Shown here in pieces: positions 1 to 13,800 of a DNA stretch of 64,000 nucleotides. Position 1 is the stretch's first letter. Every line of letters starts with the position of its first letter. The translations under genes and the position numbers were made by a program. Where the stretch lies: contig MEDY01000046.1 of assembly GCA_001724265.1 (NCBI GenBank), forward strand, positions 1 to 64,000, in the 5' to 3' direction. The notes under the pieces were generated by a model. It worked only from the letters and a program-made list of their open reading frames with translations. It was not told the origin of the DNA and did not search any database. The stretch is from Rhizaria sp. SCN 62-66. Taxonomy: Eukaryota.

Positions 1-311
1 GGCGGGGAGGCGCTGCGTAGAAAGCGTGGCAGCAGGTGACGGAACAGACGACCCCAGCCGGTTGCCTTACTGGTACTTGCTGTCGTCGTCTTTCTGGGGA
101 CCGATGGGACATTGTCAGAAATACCACAATCTGCCGTGGCAGATTTAGACGTCTCATTTGTCACTGTGCTTGATGCTGCGGGAGATTCGTCGGTCACAGC
201 TGAGGACGTAGGCGTTGAAGTGGGAGGAAACATGTACCGACGCGCACTCATGACAACAGCACTGAGAGCTGCAGCACCGCCCAGCATAACAACTGGAGCT
301 GCCATTGCCAT
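1..311 (-). CDS. 5' part of a hypothetical protein running off the window edge (MAMAAPVVMLGGAAALSAVVMSARRYMFPP...), N-terminal hydrophobic segment then Ser/Thr-rich
   Basis: Minus-strand frame open from ATG 311 to position 1; upstream in-frame TAA near 414-416; absent from the ORF track, probably because it is incomplete. No family recognised. Confidence 0.4.
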   Translation of the reverse strand, partial: MAMAAPVVMLGGAAALSAVVMSARRYMFPPTSTPTSSAVTDESPAASSTVTNETSKSATADCGISDNVPSVPRKTTTASTSKATGWGRLFRHLLPRFLRSASP

Positions 312-1120
312 GGTGAGCCGGAGCACCGGCAAGGCGGAGAAAGGCGCGTTGAGAAAGGTGGCCGGAGTAACGCGAACCCCCAGGCCGAGAGGGGAAAGAC
401 TGACACTGGCGGCTTAGAGTCTGGTTAGAAGAGATAGTTGAACCGTAAACCAATAAGACTCACTACACCTACACTACAAAATGAATAAACACATAATGTG
501 CATGAATACCACGATTTTGCGAACTTTTGGAGACTTTTTGGTCGGAAAGTGGAGTTTGGGGAGAGAGCAGATTGTTGACGAAAGTAGGTGCATAGGTTTT
601 GCAGAGTAGATCGTCAGTAAGATCGTTGATAGAGCCATCAAAGATGTGCCAAATACACGGCTTAAAAAACTAATCAATCATTCACTTTCACCAAGGAATG
701 TCGATTGTGTGTATCTTAGAAGGCTGATAAAGTCACGCCACCACATGCCATGACTGCAACGGGTGGCAACTCCCCTCACTCAACAGCAGCGGCCCCTGTG
801 TTAATTCATGCAGTGGCGGCAGTGGCGGGAGGACGAAGTGAAACACTGCAGAACGGGTCTATTTGTTCATTGTTTGCTCAGAGCGCTTCGTTGAACCGTG
901 CATCGGGGGCGCATTTTTTCCTTCCTTTTCTACTTTATGAATTGCTGTTGTTGATGGAATTGCTGGTGTATTCTGCCTCCTGCTCGCCGACCCTTGCTCC
1001 TTAGCCTTCGATCGAATCTGCCGTCATTCACCGATTTCTGCTTACCTAAACATTTGACATGCTTACGTTTCCTCATAATCATCGACGAAATCTTCATTTA
1101 TTAACAGTGCCCCCGTCAAA

Positions 1121-4100
1121 ATGGCTTCCATGGTACGTCTCCTGTCCTTTCTGTTCTAGCCACGCTCGATACCAGTCGCTTCCCTCTCATTACCCTCTCC
1201 GCCCCATCATTCCGCGCCAAGCCATATGCTTCTCTCTTTCTCACCTCGAAACTACGACTACAATTTCTCTTCTCCTTTCTTACTACGCATTTCCAATCAT
1301 CATGACGCGCGTGCTTCAGAGTCAGCAGACGGTGTCCGAGCACGACATCTGGGAGGGCATGCTCAAGAAAAAGTCTCCCAAGGGCCTCGTTAAGGTCTGG
1401 CAGGACCGCTGGGTTCGCCTCACCAACGAGAACCTGCGCTACTACAAGAAGCGTGACTCGGACGAGCAGGGCCTGATTCCTATCTCGTACATCGCAACGA
1501 TCAACTTCGACCCCGAGAACCTGAAGCGTCAGCGCTACCGTTTCGACGTCCAAGTCTACGAGAAGCATGGCGGCCGCGTCTTTTCCTTCATCGCCCGCAC
1601 GGAAGAGGAGTGCACTAAGTGGGTCGAGAAGCTCCGCGCCGCGCACGCCGCGTACGATGACCCCACTGCGGGCGACGGTGGCGCGGGCGGCGACTCGGCG
1701 CCCTGGGGCGGCGCTGGCGGCGCCTCCAAGGTCAAGTTCAACAAGCCCCCGGCTCCCGGCGCGGGCGGCGTCGGCGGTGGCGCCGGGGCCGGCGGCGCGG
1801 GCGGTGCTGGCGGCGCGGGCGGGTCCGACGGGTGGTATGCGGCGTCGCTAGCCGGCTACGGTCTGCGGTCTCCGTTCACCTCACTGCCCAAGAAGCCCTA
1901 CGAGCTGACGGAGCAGTCTCTATGCGCGACGGCCTTCGGCGGGTACAAGATCCTCTTCCCCGAGACCGTCTCCCCGTTCGGCTCCGTATACGTGCTGGGT
2001 GACGACTCGTACAGTCTGCTGCGCCGGTCCTACCTGCTGCACGCCGTGGCGTACGACTCGCCGTGCTTCCAGATGGTCGAGGAGTCGATCGCGGCGCTGT
2101 CGCGCATCGCAACCCAGTGCCCGACGCTGCCGCGGTACCTGCACCGCGGCTGCACGTCCGACACGGCGTACTACATCATGCACCCGCCGTTGCGCGTGGT
2201 GGACCACTCACTCAAGGCGTGGCTCGACAACGACGCCGTGTTCCCCCCCGATGTTGTCGCCCACGTCGGCGCGCTCGTGCTCGCCACGCTCGAGGCTGTC
2301 CACGCACACGGCCACATCTTCCACTCGCTGTCGACGGCGACCGTGTTCTTCGACGCTGAGGGCAACACGCGCGTCATGGACCCGTTTCTCACGATCCCCG
2401 TGGAGCAAGCCGCCGAGAACCTCGTGAGCTACACGCCCCCCGAGGTCGCCGCGTGCGGCAGTGTCCACGCGGGCCGCGCGGCCGGCCACGACACCGTCAA
2501 GGGCGACTTCTGGCGTCTCGGCGTATTCCTGTACGAGATGTCGACGCGCATCGTGCCGTTCCGCGTCAACGTCGACCGGCTCGTGCCACCTGAGCAGCAG
2601 GACGCGATGAGCGACGAAGAGCTCGACGCCGTCATCTCCGACGCCATCCTCGCCCTCATTGCCAAGTACACTCCGCAGGACCTGCAGTTTCCGCCCTCCG
2701 TGCCGGCCGACATCCGCGACCTCATCGCGCGCCTGCTCGACCCCAACCCGGCAACGCGCCTCTCGGACTTCGCCGTCGTGCGCGCGCACCGCGTCTTCGC
2801 GTCCGCCGTGCCCGCGGGCCAGGACTGGAGCTGCGCGGCGCTCATGGCGCAGCTCCCGCGGCCGCAGTGGATCCAGGACACGATCGTGGCCGAGATGGCG
2901 GAGCCGCGCCGCGCGACGCCAGTCAACCTCACGCTCGCACCCGAGCCGGCGCGCGTGCAGCACCTCACCGTGACCGTGCTCGCGGCCCGGGGGCTCACTA
3001 CGGCGGCCTCGGAGCGCGTCTACGTCACGGCCGCCGTCGAGGGCGATCTCTGGCGCACCAGTGTGCTGCCCAAGGCGCCGTTGACGTGGAGCGAGTCGCA
3101 CACGTTCTACCTCCATAACGCCGATGCCGCGCCCGCGGCCAGCGACTTGGTGTTCGAGGTGTTGTCGAAGAAGCTCGAGCTGGACGGCTCGAACCCGCTC
3201 GTGGGCGTCGCCGCGCTGCCTTTGCTGACCGCGCGCACGATGGACGAGCTGGAGACGATCGCACTGACCGTGCTCGACGCCAAGGGCCTGCCGGTGGGCG
3301 AGCTCGAAGTGCAGCTGCAGTGGGGCGAGGACCGGTACGAGCTCTCCCGCGGCATCCTCCACAACCTCACGCGCGCCGACGTGCCGCTCGTGCAGGCTTT
3401 CTCGCGGCCGCACCAGAAGCCTAACTACCTGTGGGCACAGATCGTCGACGCGTCGCTCGTGCGCACCGAGGGCGCGGACCAACAGCCCGCCACGCGCCCA
3501 CAGCCGGGGCTCTCCATCGCAGGGTCCTCCGGCAGCGGCGGCAGCGGCGGCGGCGCGCCCGCGGACTGGGGCGCGGCGGCCAGCGCCAACAACAACGGCG
3601 GGCCCGGCTCGCCGTACTCGCTCCCGGCCTCGGGGGCAAGCTTCTCGCTGACCAGCGCGGGGGCGCCCAGCACGCCGATGCGCCCGGCCCCTCCGACGCC
3701 CGGCGCTGTGATGCCCGTGCCGCCGCCTTTCCCCGGCGGCGCGGCGCGCACGGCGTCGTCGTCCTACTCCGGCGCCGGTAACAGCGCTGGCGGCGGCAGC
3801 GGCGGGTTCGCCCCCAGCACGCTCCCGGGCCGCCAGAGTTCGGGCTCCGGGTCCGGCGTCGGCGAGACCGGCGGGGGCGGTTTCTCCCCGCTGTCGCCGC
3901 TCTCGCTCGCGAACCAGGGCTCGTTCCAGGGCGCCCCGCTCCACGCGCTCGCGTCCCCGTCGGCGTCGTCGTCTTCCGGCGGTCCCCGCGCCGTGCCACC
4001 GCGCCCCTCGGCGCTGGGCTCGCCCATGAACGGCAGCATCCTCAACAGCAACAGTGGCAACTCTGTGGTGTCGCCAACCGCGGGCCCCCGCGCCGGTCCC

Positions 4101-4745
4101 CCGCTTTTCGTGCCCCCCGGAGCGTCTCCGACCGCCCACGGCCCCGGCGCCCACGGCCCCGGTCGTCTTTCGCAGCCACATGGCCCGCTGCCCGGCGTGC
4201 CGCACCTCCCGGGCGTGCCCTCGCGGCCGTCCAACGCCATCGCGCTCCCGCTGCCGCCACCGGCCGAGACGGGTCCCTCGCCGTTCGACGCCGCGGCGCC
4301 CACCTGGACGGCCCCGCCCGCGGTGCCCGCCGTGCTCCCAGTGCCCGGCCCTGCGGCCGCGATGGCCGCCAATAACTCCCCACTGACTTCGCCGTCAGGC
4401 GTGCGCGCGGGAGGGGCGCCGCCGCCGTTCTCGCCCCCCGGCGCCGCGCTGTCGGCCGCGCAGCAGGCGGCGCAGCAGCAGGCAGCGGCGGCCGCGGCGG
4501 CGCTCGAAGCCGAGCGCGCGCGCGAGCGTGCTGAGAGTATCTCGGCGCAGAAGGCCAAGGCCGCGGCTGAGAAGGCGGCGGCGGCCGCGGCGGCGGCGGC
4601 GGACCCCAACAACGTGCCTGGCAACTGGCGCACCGTCCCGGTGGACCCCGGGAACCCCGAGTCGTCGTTGTACTATTACAACAGGGTCACCAAGGTTACG
4701 CAGTGGGAGGTTCCCGTCTGCCTCGTCCTGGGCGGCCCCAAGTAA
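1121..4745 (+). CDS. PH domain + AGC-like pseudokinase + C2 domain + Pro/Gly-rich linker + C-terminal WW domain protein; exons 1121-1132, 1320-4745
   Basis: PH: EGMLKKKSPK..WQDRWVRL..LRYYK..FSFIA..CTKWVEKL. Kinase fold: YTPPE, DFWRLGVFLYEM, DLIARLLDPNPATRL. C2: LTVTVLAARGL..YV..RTSV..TWSESHTF..GELEVQLQW. WW: PGNWR..YYYNRVTKVTQWEVP. Phase-0 intron GTACGT(1133)..cag(1319) after aaaATGG. Stop TAA. Confidence 0.8.
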
Positions 4746-5479
4746 GCGGGAAGCAAGTTAGCGCTTGATCTGCAGTCGCTTTTGTTGACTGTGAATCATC
4801 AGCGTATTCGTGTGTCTGCTGCTGCGAGTTTTTGTTTTTTGTGATGGGTCATCTTTTTTTTTGTAGTCTTCTTGTTCTCAGATCTTAAACGCTCCGGCTT
4901 TGCTGTTGCTACTGCCCTGGTGCAGCGAGATACACCTCGATGTAGCTGGAGTTGTTAACACCATTTTGTTCTTTTGTTATCGTCTTTTTGTATTCCAGAG
5001 ACGATGACTTGAAGTATTGAGATAGTGATTGATTGAGTGATATGTCTTGTGACGTGCCTTAACTGGAAATACACCATTGTAACACTTTTAAGTTCATATC
5101 TTGTCATTGTCTTATTGAAATCGCATGCTACATGCTTGACGTGACTGACTCTTGCGTGGCTGATTCGTGGCTGGCTGATTGTGGCTTGGGGCGGAAAGTA
5201 GCGCAGTTGTTGGAGATGAATTAACATGCGATCCCTCTGTTGGTTTAAACTGTATGAATACGACCTTTACTGAGCGAAGCGGATTTATATGTTTCGTTTT
5301 TCAAATTTTCAATTGTCTTATTATATCGCTCTCCCTGACAACTTTCTTTACAGGTTAGAACCCTCAGTTCGTCCTTTCAGACTCACTCGTCTGTCTCAGC
5401 GTCGACACTCTCCGCACTTCGTCTTTCGCCCCACGCGGCCCCGCTCTCCGGGCAGCCCTTTTTTGTTTTCAGCTCCGCG

Positions 5480-8400
5480 ATGGCCTCTGCATCGCTGGCG
5501 GGCGTTCCGCCATCGTCGCGCGGCAAGCGCCCGTTGCCGTCCGATGCTGAGGGCTCAACGGTGGAGCAGATTCTCTTCATCCCGCTGGGCTCGGGACAAG
5601 AGGTCGGCCGCTCCTGCCACCTACTACGCCTGAAGGGCAAGACCATTATGCTTGACTGCGGCCTCCACCCGGCGTTTTCGGGCCACGAGGCGCTGCCGTA
5701 CCTCGACGACGTCGATCTGGGCAGCATCGACCTGCTGCTCGTGTCGCACTTCCACCTGGACCACATCGGTGCACTGCCGTACATTCTGCGTCAGCCGCGG
5801 TTTAAGGGCGAGGTGTACATGACGCATCCTACGCGCGCCATCTACCGCCTCATCATGGAAGACTATCTCAAGGCCTCTGTGTCGAGCGACGCCGGCGCCG
5901 CCGCCGCACCGTCGGGCGCACCACCGCTCTTCACCGTCAATGACGTTGTTGACACCATGTCGCGCATCAAGTGCGTCAACTTCCACTCGACCACCACGGT
6001 TCGTGGTATCCGTTTCCGGCCCTACCATGCCGGCCACGTGCTCGGCGCCGCCATGTTCCACATCGAGGTCGGCGATACGAAGCTGCTCTACACCGGCGAC
6101 TACTCGCGCGTCGAGGACCGCCACCTCGTTGCCGCCGAAGTGCCCTCCGTGCGCCCCGACGTTCTCGTCGTTGAGGCCACGCACGGCGGCCTTACGCTAC
6201 CCTCCCGCGAGCAGGAGGAGGACAAGTTCGCGCGCTTCATCCATCGTATCGTCAAGGGCGGCGGCAAGTGTCTCGTGCCGCAGTTCGCGCTCGGCCGCAT
6301 GCACGAGCTGCTGCTCATCCTCAACGACTACTGGCAGCGCCACCCCGCGCTCCACTCCGTGCCCATCTACTACGCCTCCGACCTCTCGCAGCGCTCCATG
6401 GAGGTCTACCGTAGTTATGTCAACGTGATGAACGCGACGATGCGCGCGGCCTCGTCTGCGGGCCGCACGCCGTTCGACTTTGAGCACGTCATCCAGACGC
6501 GCTCCCCGGCCGGCATCGACCAGTCCGGCCCTTGCGTTGTCTTTGCCTCGCACGGTATGTTGACTGGTGGCCTCGCGCTGAACCTTTTCGGTCGCTGGTG
6601 CGAGGACAAGCGCAACGGCGTCATGATCGCCGGCTACAATGTCGAAGGCACGCTTGCGTACCAGCTCGCTCACGACAAGCCCGACATGCACCGCACAGCG
6701 CAGGGCCGCATGCTCGCGGTAAACATGCAGGTCGAGTCCGTGTCGATGTCGAACCACGCAGATGGCAAGGATACGGTCGAGTTCGTGCGCCAGGTGCAAC
6801 CCACGTACTGCATTCTCGTCCACGGCAACCCCCACGGCATGAGTACGTCCCAAGATATCATATTGTGTTCTATATGTGTTTTTATTCCTTTTTGTATTTT
6901 CACAGGATTTTTTGGTGACATTTTTCATCTTGATTATGCTCACACTGTTTCTTCCTGAATCACTTGTTCTTGCTATATAGTGGCTCTCAAGAGTCGTCTG
7001 ACTCAGGAGTTCCGTTCTCGCGGCCTCCTTGTCGCGGCGCCGACCAACTGCCAGCCCGTGCAGATTACCCTGCAGACGCGCAAGACCGTTAAGGCCGTCG
7101 GCGCGCTTGCCGCCGCCACGGACGACGAGGACCGCATTCTCTCCGACACTTCGGGCGCCACCCTCGCAGGCCTTATCGTGCGCCGCCCTGCGCACGAGGC
7201 CAACCGCTACCTGCTGCTTGCGCCCGCGGACCTGCCACATTACGCGCCGCCCCTCGCGGCCGCCGGTTTTGCCTCCAAAGTGCGTCTGCCGTGGTGGGGC
7301 ACGTGGGCCGGCGCGCAGGCCGTCGTCGCCGGCGTGTTCGAGCTCGACGTCGCTCTCGACGAAGACGCCGCTGCCGCCGCGCTTGCTGCCGCGCAAACCA
7401 ACACCTCCGCAGGCGACGCGCAGCAACAGCAGCTGTTGCCGCCGCAGCCGCTGCGCGCGCGCCGCGTGACGCTGCTGGGCGGCGCAGTCGCACTCTGTCA
7501 GCACCCGCTGCCGCTGGCGGCGCAGACCGAGTACACGGCCTGGTTTGCGCTGCCCGCCGCGGACCGCGCGCGCGCACCGGCGCCGGCGACGCTGTTTGAG
7601 CCGCAGCTCGTGGTGTCGTGGACGGCGTCGCCGATCGCGGACATGGCCGCGGATACGCTGGTGGCGCTGTTTATGTCGCTCGAGGCCAACCCCGGCGCCG
7701 TGCGCATGCTGTCCAAGGGCGCCACGGGGTGCTGCGCGGCCGAGTCGTCACCCGCGGTTACCGTCGGCAACTTTGCGGACTCAGCCCCCGCCTCCGCCTC
7801 GGGCTCCGCCTCTGCGTATGTGGGTGGTGGTGACGCTGAGTCAGTGGCGAAAGAAGAGCGCGAACTAGAGGCACAGACGGCTATGCGCCCGTATCTCGCG
7901 CCCGATGACGAGGACGTCGCTCTCGCCAACAGCGCCAACGCCCGCGCCGACGCCGACGCGACTGCGAATACTGACCACGGCGGCGGCGTCACCGGCGTCA
8001 AGTCCGAGCCTGGTGCCGCTCGCTCAGCGACCGGCAGAGGCCCCCAGGTCAAGACGGAGCCCGGCGCTGCCCCGCCTAAGCCCACTGCAAGCGCCGCCCC
8101 CACCGCCGCTGCTGCTGCTGAGCCTGTACCGGTGGAACCCGTTGCGCTGATCGACGATTTCGCCGCTCTGTCTGCGCACCGCGCCTCAACCAAGGCGACC
8201 GCGGAGGCCTTCACGCTCGCTCTCCGCGCCGAGCTCGCGAGCATCGAGACTGTCGACGCTTCCGCGGACGCCCCCGCGGAGTCCACGGCTTCGGTGACTG
8301 TGGGCGACGGACTGCGCCCGCAGGACATGTGGGACCCGCGGTGGTCGGCGGCCGCACTGGCTGAGCTCGAGGAGATGCTCGCCAACACTTTTGGCGCCAA

Positions 8401-8662
8401 CGCATTCGCGCTGGACGCCGCGTCGCGCGCGCTTTTCGCTGCCCGCTGCGGCGTGGACGCGGTGGCCGCGGCTGCTGAAGCGGGCGCGCTGCTTGCGGGC
8501 ACGCCAGAAGCCGCTGCCGAGGCCGGCGCTGTCTTCGCTGACGCTATCACCGATGCTGCGACCGAGGCCGCTGCGTTCGCCCCTCCTGCTGTCGTTTCTC
8601 CCGCTGCTGCTGCGGCCTCTGCTGCGGGCGCTGCAATGAGCGACGACGCCACTAACGTTGCC

Positions 8663-8695
<33 letters not shown>

Positions 8696-9514
8696 GAGTC
8701 CGCGCCCATCACGCTTTCTGACTCTGATTCGCTCGCACTCGCAGTATCCCCTGCCGCTGGCTCCGCGCTTGCGTCCGCGCTCGCTGCCGCGCTGGCCCCG
8801 GCCCCCGCGTCCGCAGCTGCGGTTCTCCCCGGTGCACCCGCTGCGCTGCGTCGGCTGCTCACTGTTGCCGGCCGCCGCGGCGCGCGTATCGCACCGTCCG
8901 GGTTTGTCGCGCCGTTGCTCGTGTTTGTTGTCGACGGCGTGCCAGGTTTGCTGCGGCTCGCCGACATGAGCGCGGCGTCGCTCGGGTACAACGAGTACGC
9001 CGCGCTTTTCCGCATAGTCTCCACCGCTAATGCCACGAGTTCCACGGGTACTCGCGCCAAGTGCAGTCCGCTGCCGCGCGAAGTGTACGACAAGGCGCGC
9101 GACGCGATCGCGCACCACGTTGAGCGGCAGGCAGCCAAGGCGTGCGGCGCGTTGTTTCCGCTGCGGCTCTCGGACATCGTGCTGGCGACCGACGCGGACG
9201 CGGACGCGACGGGCGAGGCCCGCGGCAGTCTTGCCGGCGACGAGGACGACGATGGCGCGGCCGCCGGCGCGGCAGCGGCGGCCGCGGCGGAGGACGGCGC
9301 AGGCCGCATGGCGCTGCTGGATGAGGATGGTGAGGCGCTGCCCGATACCGAGGGCGCTGGTGGCAGCGGGGACAAGGACGGGCTGGACGTCGCGGCGCTG
9401 ATGGGCGGCGAGTATGACGGCGACGACAGCGGCGCTGCTACTGCGGCTGCTCCCGAGCAACATGAGCAGCAGCAGAGGGCGATGAGGGATGAGTACAACG
9501 AGGAGGAGAACTGA
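5480..9514 (+). CDS. CPSF3: Cleavage and polyadenylation specificity factor subunit 3 (CPSF73/Ysh1), MBL/beta-CASP endonuclease with long Ala-rich C-terminal extension; intron 6843-6980
   Basis: PLGSGQEVGRSC, SHFHLDH, YHAGHVLGAAMF, YTGDYSRVEDRHLVAAEVP, SNHAD, LVHG; C-terminal SWTASPIADMAAD resembles the CPSF73 C-terminal domain. The GTACGT..tatag intron joins the two ORF-track pieces in frame. Stop TGA. Confidence 0.9.
8665..8693 (+). repeat. (GCT)n coding microsatellite (poly-Ala)
   Basis: ctgctgctgctgctgctgctgctgctgc within the CPSF3 extension; a similar tract lies at about 17641-17672. Confidence 0.8.
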
Positions 9515-9932
9515 TGACACTGTCTCACCCGCTTAGAACAAATATATAATAGATTAAGGCCTCGCGTTGATTAATACATAATATATGACGCTTTTCGAAA
9601 CGGCTATGTTGCCAACATACAACACGAATACACACAATATGCTTCCAAAGCAACGCAGCACGGGAGAGTGCTAGTGAATGAGTACAAGTTCAATGAATAC
9701 AAACATATTTGGAGAGTATAAGTTGATATTGTATTTTTGATTTAGAACAGAAAAAAGCATTAAGCTTTGAAACAAGTAAAGTGAACTATGGAAACAAGTG
9801 TGACTTTCGCATCACGTGCAAGGCAACGCAGAAGTCAAGCGGAGAATGAACGTCCAGAAGGACATGACGCAAGTGTAGTAGCGCAGAGGAACTGCACACG
9901 AGCATGCTGCTGTCACTAGCGTCTTGTGTCGC

Positions 9933-10313
9933 TTAGCCGGACTTCCAGATGAGAATGTTGAGGTGTCCGTACTGCACCTGGGCGTACTTCTTAGCCTCGT
10001 GGGTGACATCGGAGCCGAACTGCTGTCCGACGACGACATTCCACGTGCGCGAGTACATCTTATCCATCTCGCGGCGGATGTGCGCGGCGATCTCGCGCTC
10101 TGAGGTGCAGAGCTCAATGGCTTCGGTGGCGACGCGCTCGACGCCCTCCTTAGTGGCGTCGTCCATGTCCACCGTCTTGAAGTCGATGCGGATCGGCGAG
10201 GCCTGAAACTGCTTGAACAGGTCCATCTCGGAACCGCTATTATTGAGCGAGTTCGAGCGCGAGCGCAGAGAACCGCGGCGGATGGAGTTGCGACGGGAGT
10301 TGGATAACGACAT
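9933..10313 (-). CDS. Dynein light chain, LC8/DNAL4 family, with Ser/Arg-rich N-terminal extension
   Basis: TVDMDDATKE..IAAHIRREMDKMYSRTWNVVVGQQFGSDVTHE..ILIWKSG matches the LC8 consensus (IAA.IKKEFDKKY.PTWHCIVG..FGS.VTHE..LFKSG). Stop TAA. Confidence 0.9.
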   Translation of the reverse strand: MSLSNSRRNSIRRGSLRSRSNSLNNSGSEMDLFKQFQASPIRIDFKTVDMDDATKEGVERVATEAIELCTSEREIAAHIRREMDKMYSRTWNVVVGQQFGSDVTHEAKKYAQVQYGHLNILIWKSG

Positions 10314-10890
10314 CGGAACCTATTAGAGTTGGGCGAGCGGGAACAACAAGAAGGGGTGGAGATGTGAGACACGAATGAGACGAAATTAGACCGTTTGACA
10401 GGAGGCAATAATAAGGATTCAGAAATAACAGATAATCAAAATAGCCATTAGGCACATCAAAAAATACAAAAGTCGCGCGTTATTTCAAACAACGGTTGTA
10501 TTGGCGAGATTGACGCCGCAGAAGAAAACGAGTAACGTTCGCTTTCCTCAGCGGCTGGCCGGTTGGTTCGCGAAAAATCGGCTTCACGAATGCCCGTTTA
10601 CGCGAGACTTTGGACACATAGAAAGCTTCATTAGAGTACTACAATAAGATATTTAGCAAATGATATAGATGAAATCATTAGTCGACTGCTATGGGGCTAT
10701 GTTTATTTCCAATTATCTGTTGAGTATTTTTCCTAATATCCATCCGCCGCAACGACTGCAAACACTCACCAACTCGCTATCCAATTCACCTGTATTTCCT
10801 CTCTGCAGCCTGCATTACTTAAGGCTCTTGCTGTTTTCGACTGAACCATAACAAACACAGAAATCAAAAGAACCTTGCTGACCATAACAT

Positions 10891-13800
10891 ATGAGTGCGC
10901 CTGCTGACGCCGCGGCCCCCGCCGCCTCAGTGCGCTCCACGGGCCCGCACCGTCTCTACGTCTCGGGCCTTCCGCCCACCATCACAGAGGCCGAGCTGGC
11001 CGGCCGCTTCGTTTCTTACGGCACCGTCTCAGACATCCACATTGCGCGCGGCGACCCGCTTCTTGCGCTGGAGCAGGGCAAGGAGGCCGGCGCGCGCGCC
11101 TGCCGCGGCTTCGCGCACCTCAGCGTCGCTTGCTCTTCTGCGAGCTTGGCGTCGCTGCTCGCCGCGTTCCGCAACTCGACCTGGCGCGGCCGCCAGTTCA
11201 TCGTCGAGCTGGCCGCAACCCCGCGCCTGGTGGGGCCCGCTGCGCCTGCGTTCCGCGCACAGGAGGCCGTGGCGTACAAGGCTCACGTCAACGCCGGCAT
11301 TCACAAGCGGATGGCGAACCGTTTCGGCACCGAGCCCGACGGGACGCTGCGCCTTAACACGGACTCGGCCGTCTCGGTCAAGCTGCCCACGGTGATGAAG
11401 CGCCTCTCCGTCCCGCTCGACGCGCAGCGCGTGTTGATCGTGCCCGACGCCGCCGCCGCGCAGGCCGCGACGGAGCACGCAGACGCAGTCCGTGCCGCTC
11501 GCGCCGCCGCGGCCGAGGTCGAGGCCGTCGCTACCACGGCCTTCAAGAACGCCTACTACGCCAACGCGGCGTACGAGGCGGACCCCACGGCCGAGACCTC
11601 CGCCGCTGCAGCCGCCGCCGCCGCCGAGGCCCGCGCCACGCGCGCCGCTGCGGATGAAGCTCTGTTAGCGCCGGCGACCGAGCGGTTCATCGTGCCACCG
11701 CGCGCGGTTGTCGTGCTGCCAACGAAGCCCGTTGCGCCCTCCGCTATCGCGGAGAAGGTCGTCGCCGGGCTCGACAAGCTCGTCTGCGAACGCTTTGGCC
11801 CCTCGGCTGCGGTTGCCGCACTCGCCGCGCCGCTGACTGCGGCGCAGCAGGCCCGCCGCGCGCGCGCCGTCTCCGCCTCCGACTCCGCCAACGACGGCGA
11901 CGGCGACGAAGGCGATGAGAGCGACGAGGCGGAGGACGACGGCCAGCCGGACTCGTGCGACGAGCTGGAAGAAGAGGCCGCCGCCGTGCCGCGCCGCCGT
12001 CTCGCGCCCGGCGCGCCCCCCGCGGCGCGGCTCTGCGGCGCGCTTGCCACCGACCTCGACGACGCCGACGCCGTCGCTGCCGCGGGCGCGAAGGGCTTCC
12101 CCGCGGCGCTGCTCGCCGCCGCCGACGCCGCCACCGTGCGGTCGCGCCGCGGCGGGCTGGTGCTGGCCCGCATGACTCGCTCGCAGCAAGCCTCCGCCGC
12201 CGCCGTGGCCGCCGCGGCCGCCGCGGTGGCGTCCTGCCCGCACGCGTCCAACTGGTTCCCGCCGGCCCCCGCGGCCGGCGCTGCGCCCGCCGCGGTGCAG
12301 CTGCAGTGCGTGGCGCCGCACCCAGTCACCGCGGCGGCCACGAGCGCGCTGGCCGAGTGGCTCACCGTTGCCGCGCTGGCGGAGCGCGAGACCGAGGAGG
12401 AGAAGCGCGCCGCCGCGGCCCGCGCCGCTGAGGCCGCGCGCGTCGCCGCCGAGAAGGCTGAGGCTGCGCGGATGGCGGCCGAGAAGCTCGCCGCGTCGCG
12501 CGCCGCCGCCGAGAAGGCCGCTGCCGCCGCCGCGGCGCTATTTAAGATCAAGCGCCGCACCAAGGCCCCCGCCGCGCCCGCCGCGCCCGCCGCCACCGCC
12601 TCTGCGACGGCTGCTGAGGGCGACGCCGACAAGAAGAAGCCCGCCGCGGTGACCGGTGCGGCGGTGCTGCGCGCGCTGGACCTGGCGTTGGCGACCGCGC
12701 TCTCGGCCGAGGGCAGCGGCGCGCACGCCGACGCCGCGTTTCCCTGCGCGCGCGCCGCTAGCGGGGACCTGTTCGCGCGTCTCTGCACCGCCACTGCGGC
12801 TGCCGCTTCGGCTTTCGGTGACTCCAAGTCGTCCTCCTCGTTAGACTCTGCCAAGTCCGCGGAGACCGAAGGCCCGCTGCGCGCGCTGGTGGCCGCGGCC
12901 GTGGCCTCCGTCGCCGCCGCTGGTGCGCGCGCTGGCGCGGCGGGCGTTGCGCGCGCGACGGTGAGCGCGACGCTGCCGTACCCACCGATGCCCGCCACCA
13001 CTGAGGCCCTCGAAGCCGCGGTCTCAGTGGTGTCCTCGTCGTCGTCGTCTTCCGCTGAGTCTAGCATCAAGATCAAGGACAAGAGTGGCAACCTCCCCGC
13101 GCTCTTCACCCAGGTCCCCGACGCCGCCCCGGTGCTTTTCACCGCGCGCCTCCCCGCGCGTCTGGTGCTGTCGCGGCTCTGGTTGCTGCTGCGGCGCCGG
13201 TCCGCCGCGCGGCGCCGCGCCACCGTGCTGCTGTCGCTACTGCCACCGTTTTCCCCGCAGCACCCGCCCGCGGCGCCCGCGCCCGCCGTGCTGCGACTTG
13301 CTATCTCCCGCGCCGCGCGGCTGCTGCCCGGCGCGCTGGCGCGGTCGTCCGAGCTCAAGCTGGCTGTGGCGTCGCTGCGGCCGCCCGCGCCGTCGGCCGC
13401 GCTGCTGCACGCGCGCGCCGAGCTCAACGAGTTCATCGCTAAGCTGCAGGCGCGCGGCGTGATGTTCACTGCCGACGGCGAGTACGACGAAGAGGCGTCC
13501 AACGCCGCCGTGCACCGCGCCGCGCGCATGAGCAAGAACGAGCGCCGCCGCGACAAGGATCTCCGCCGCGCGCTGCGCAAGCTCGAGCTGGGCCCCTGGG
13601 AGCACGCGCGCCGGCTGCGGCTCGAAGGGCTTACCAACGACGCCGCGCAGCGCGCCGTGCGCAAGATGCTGCACGAGCGCAAGCGCGCAGCCGAGAATCT
13701 GGGCGAGTACGCCTTCCCCGAGGCCGCGGCGGGCGACGCGCTGGCGCTGCGTGCGCACGGGCTCGGCTTCAGCCACGGTTTTGGCGGCAAGGACGGCGAC

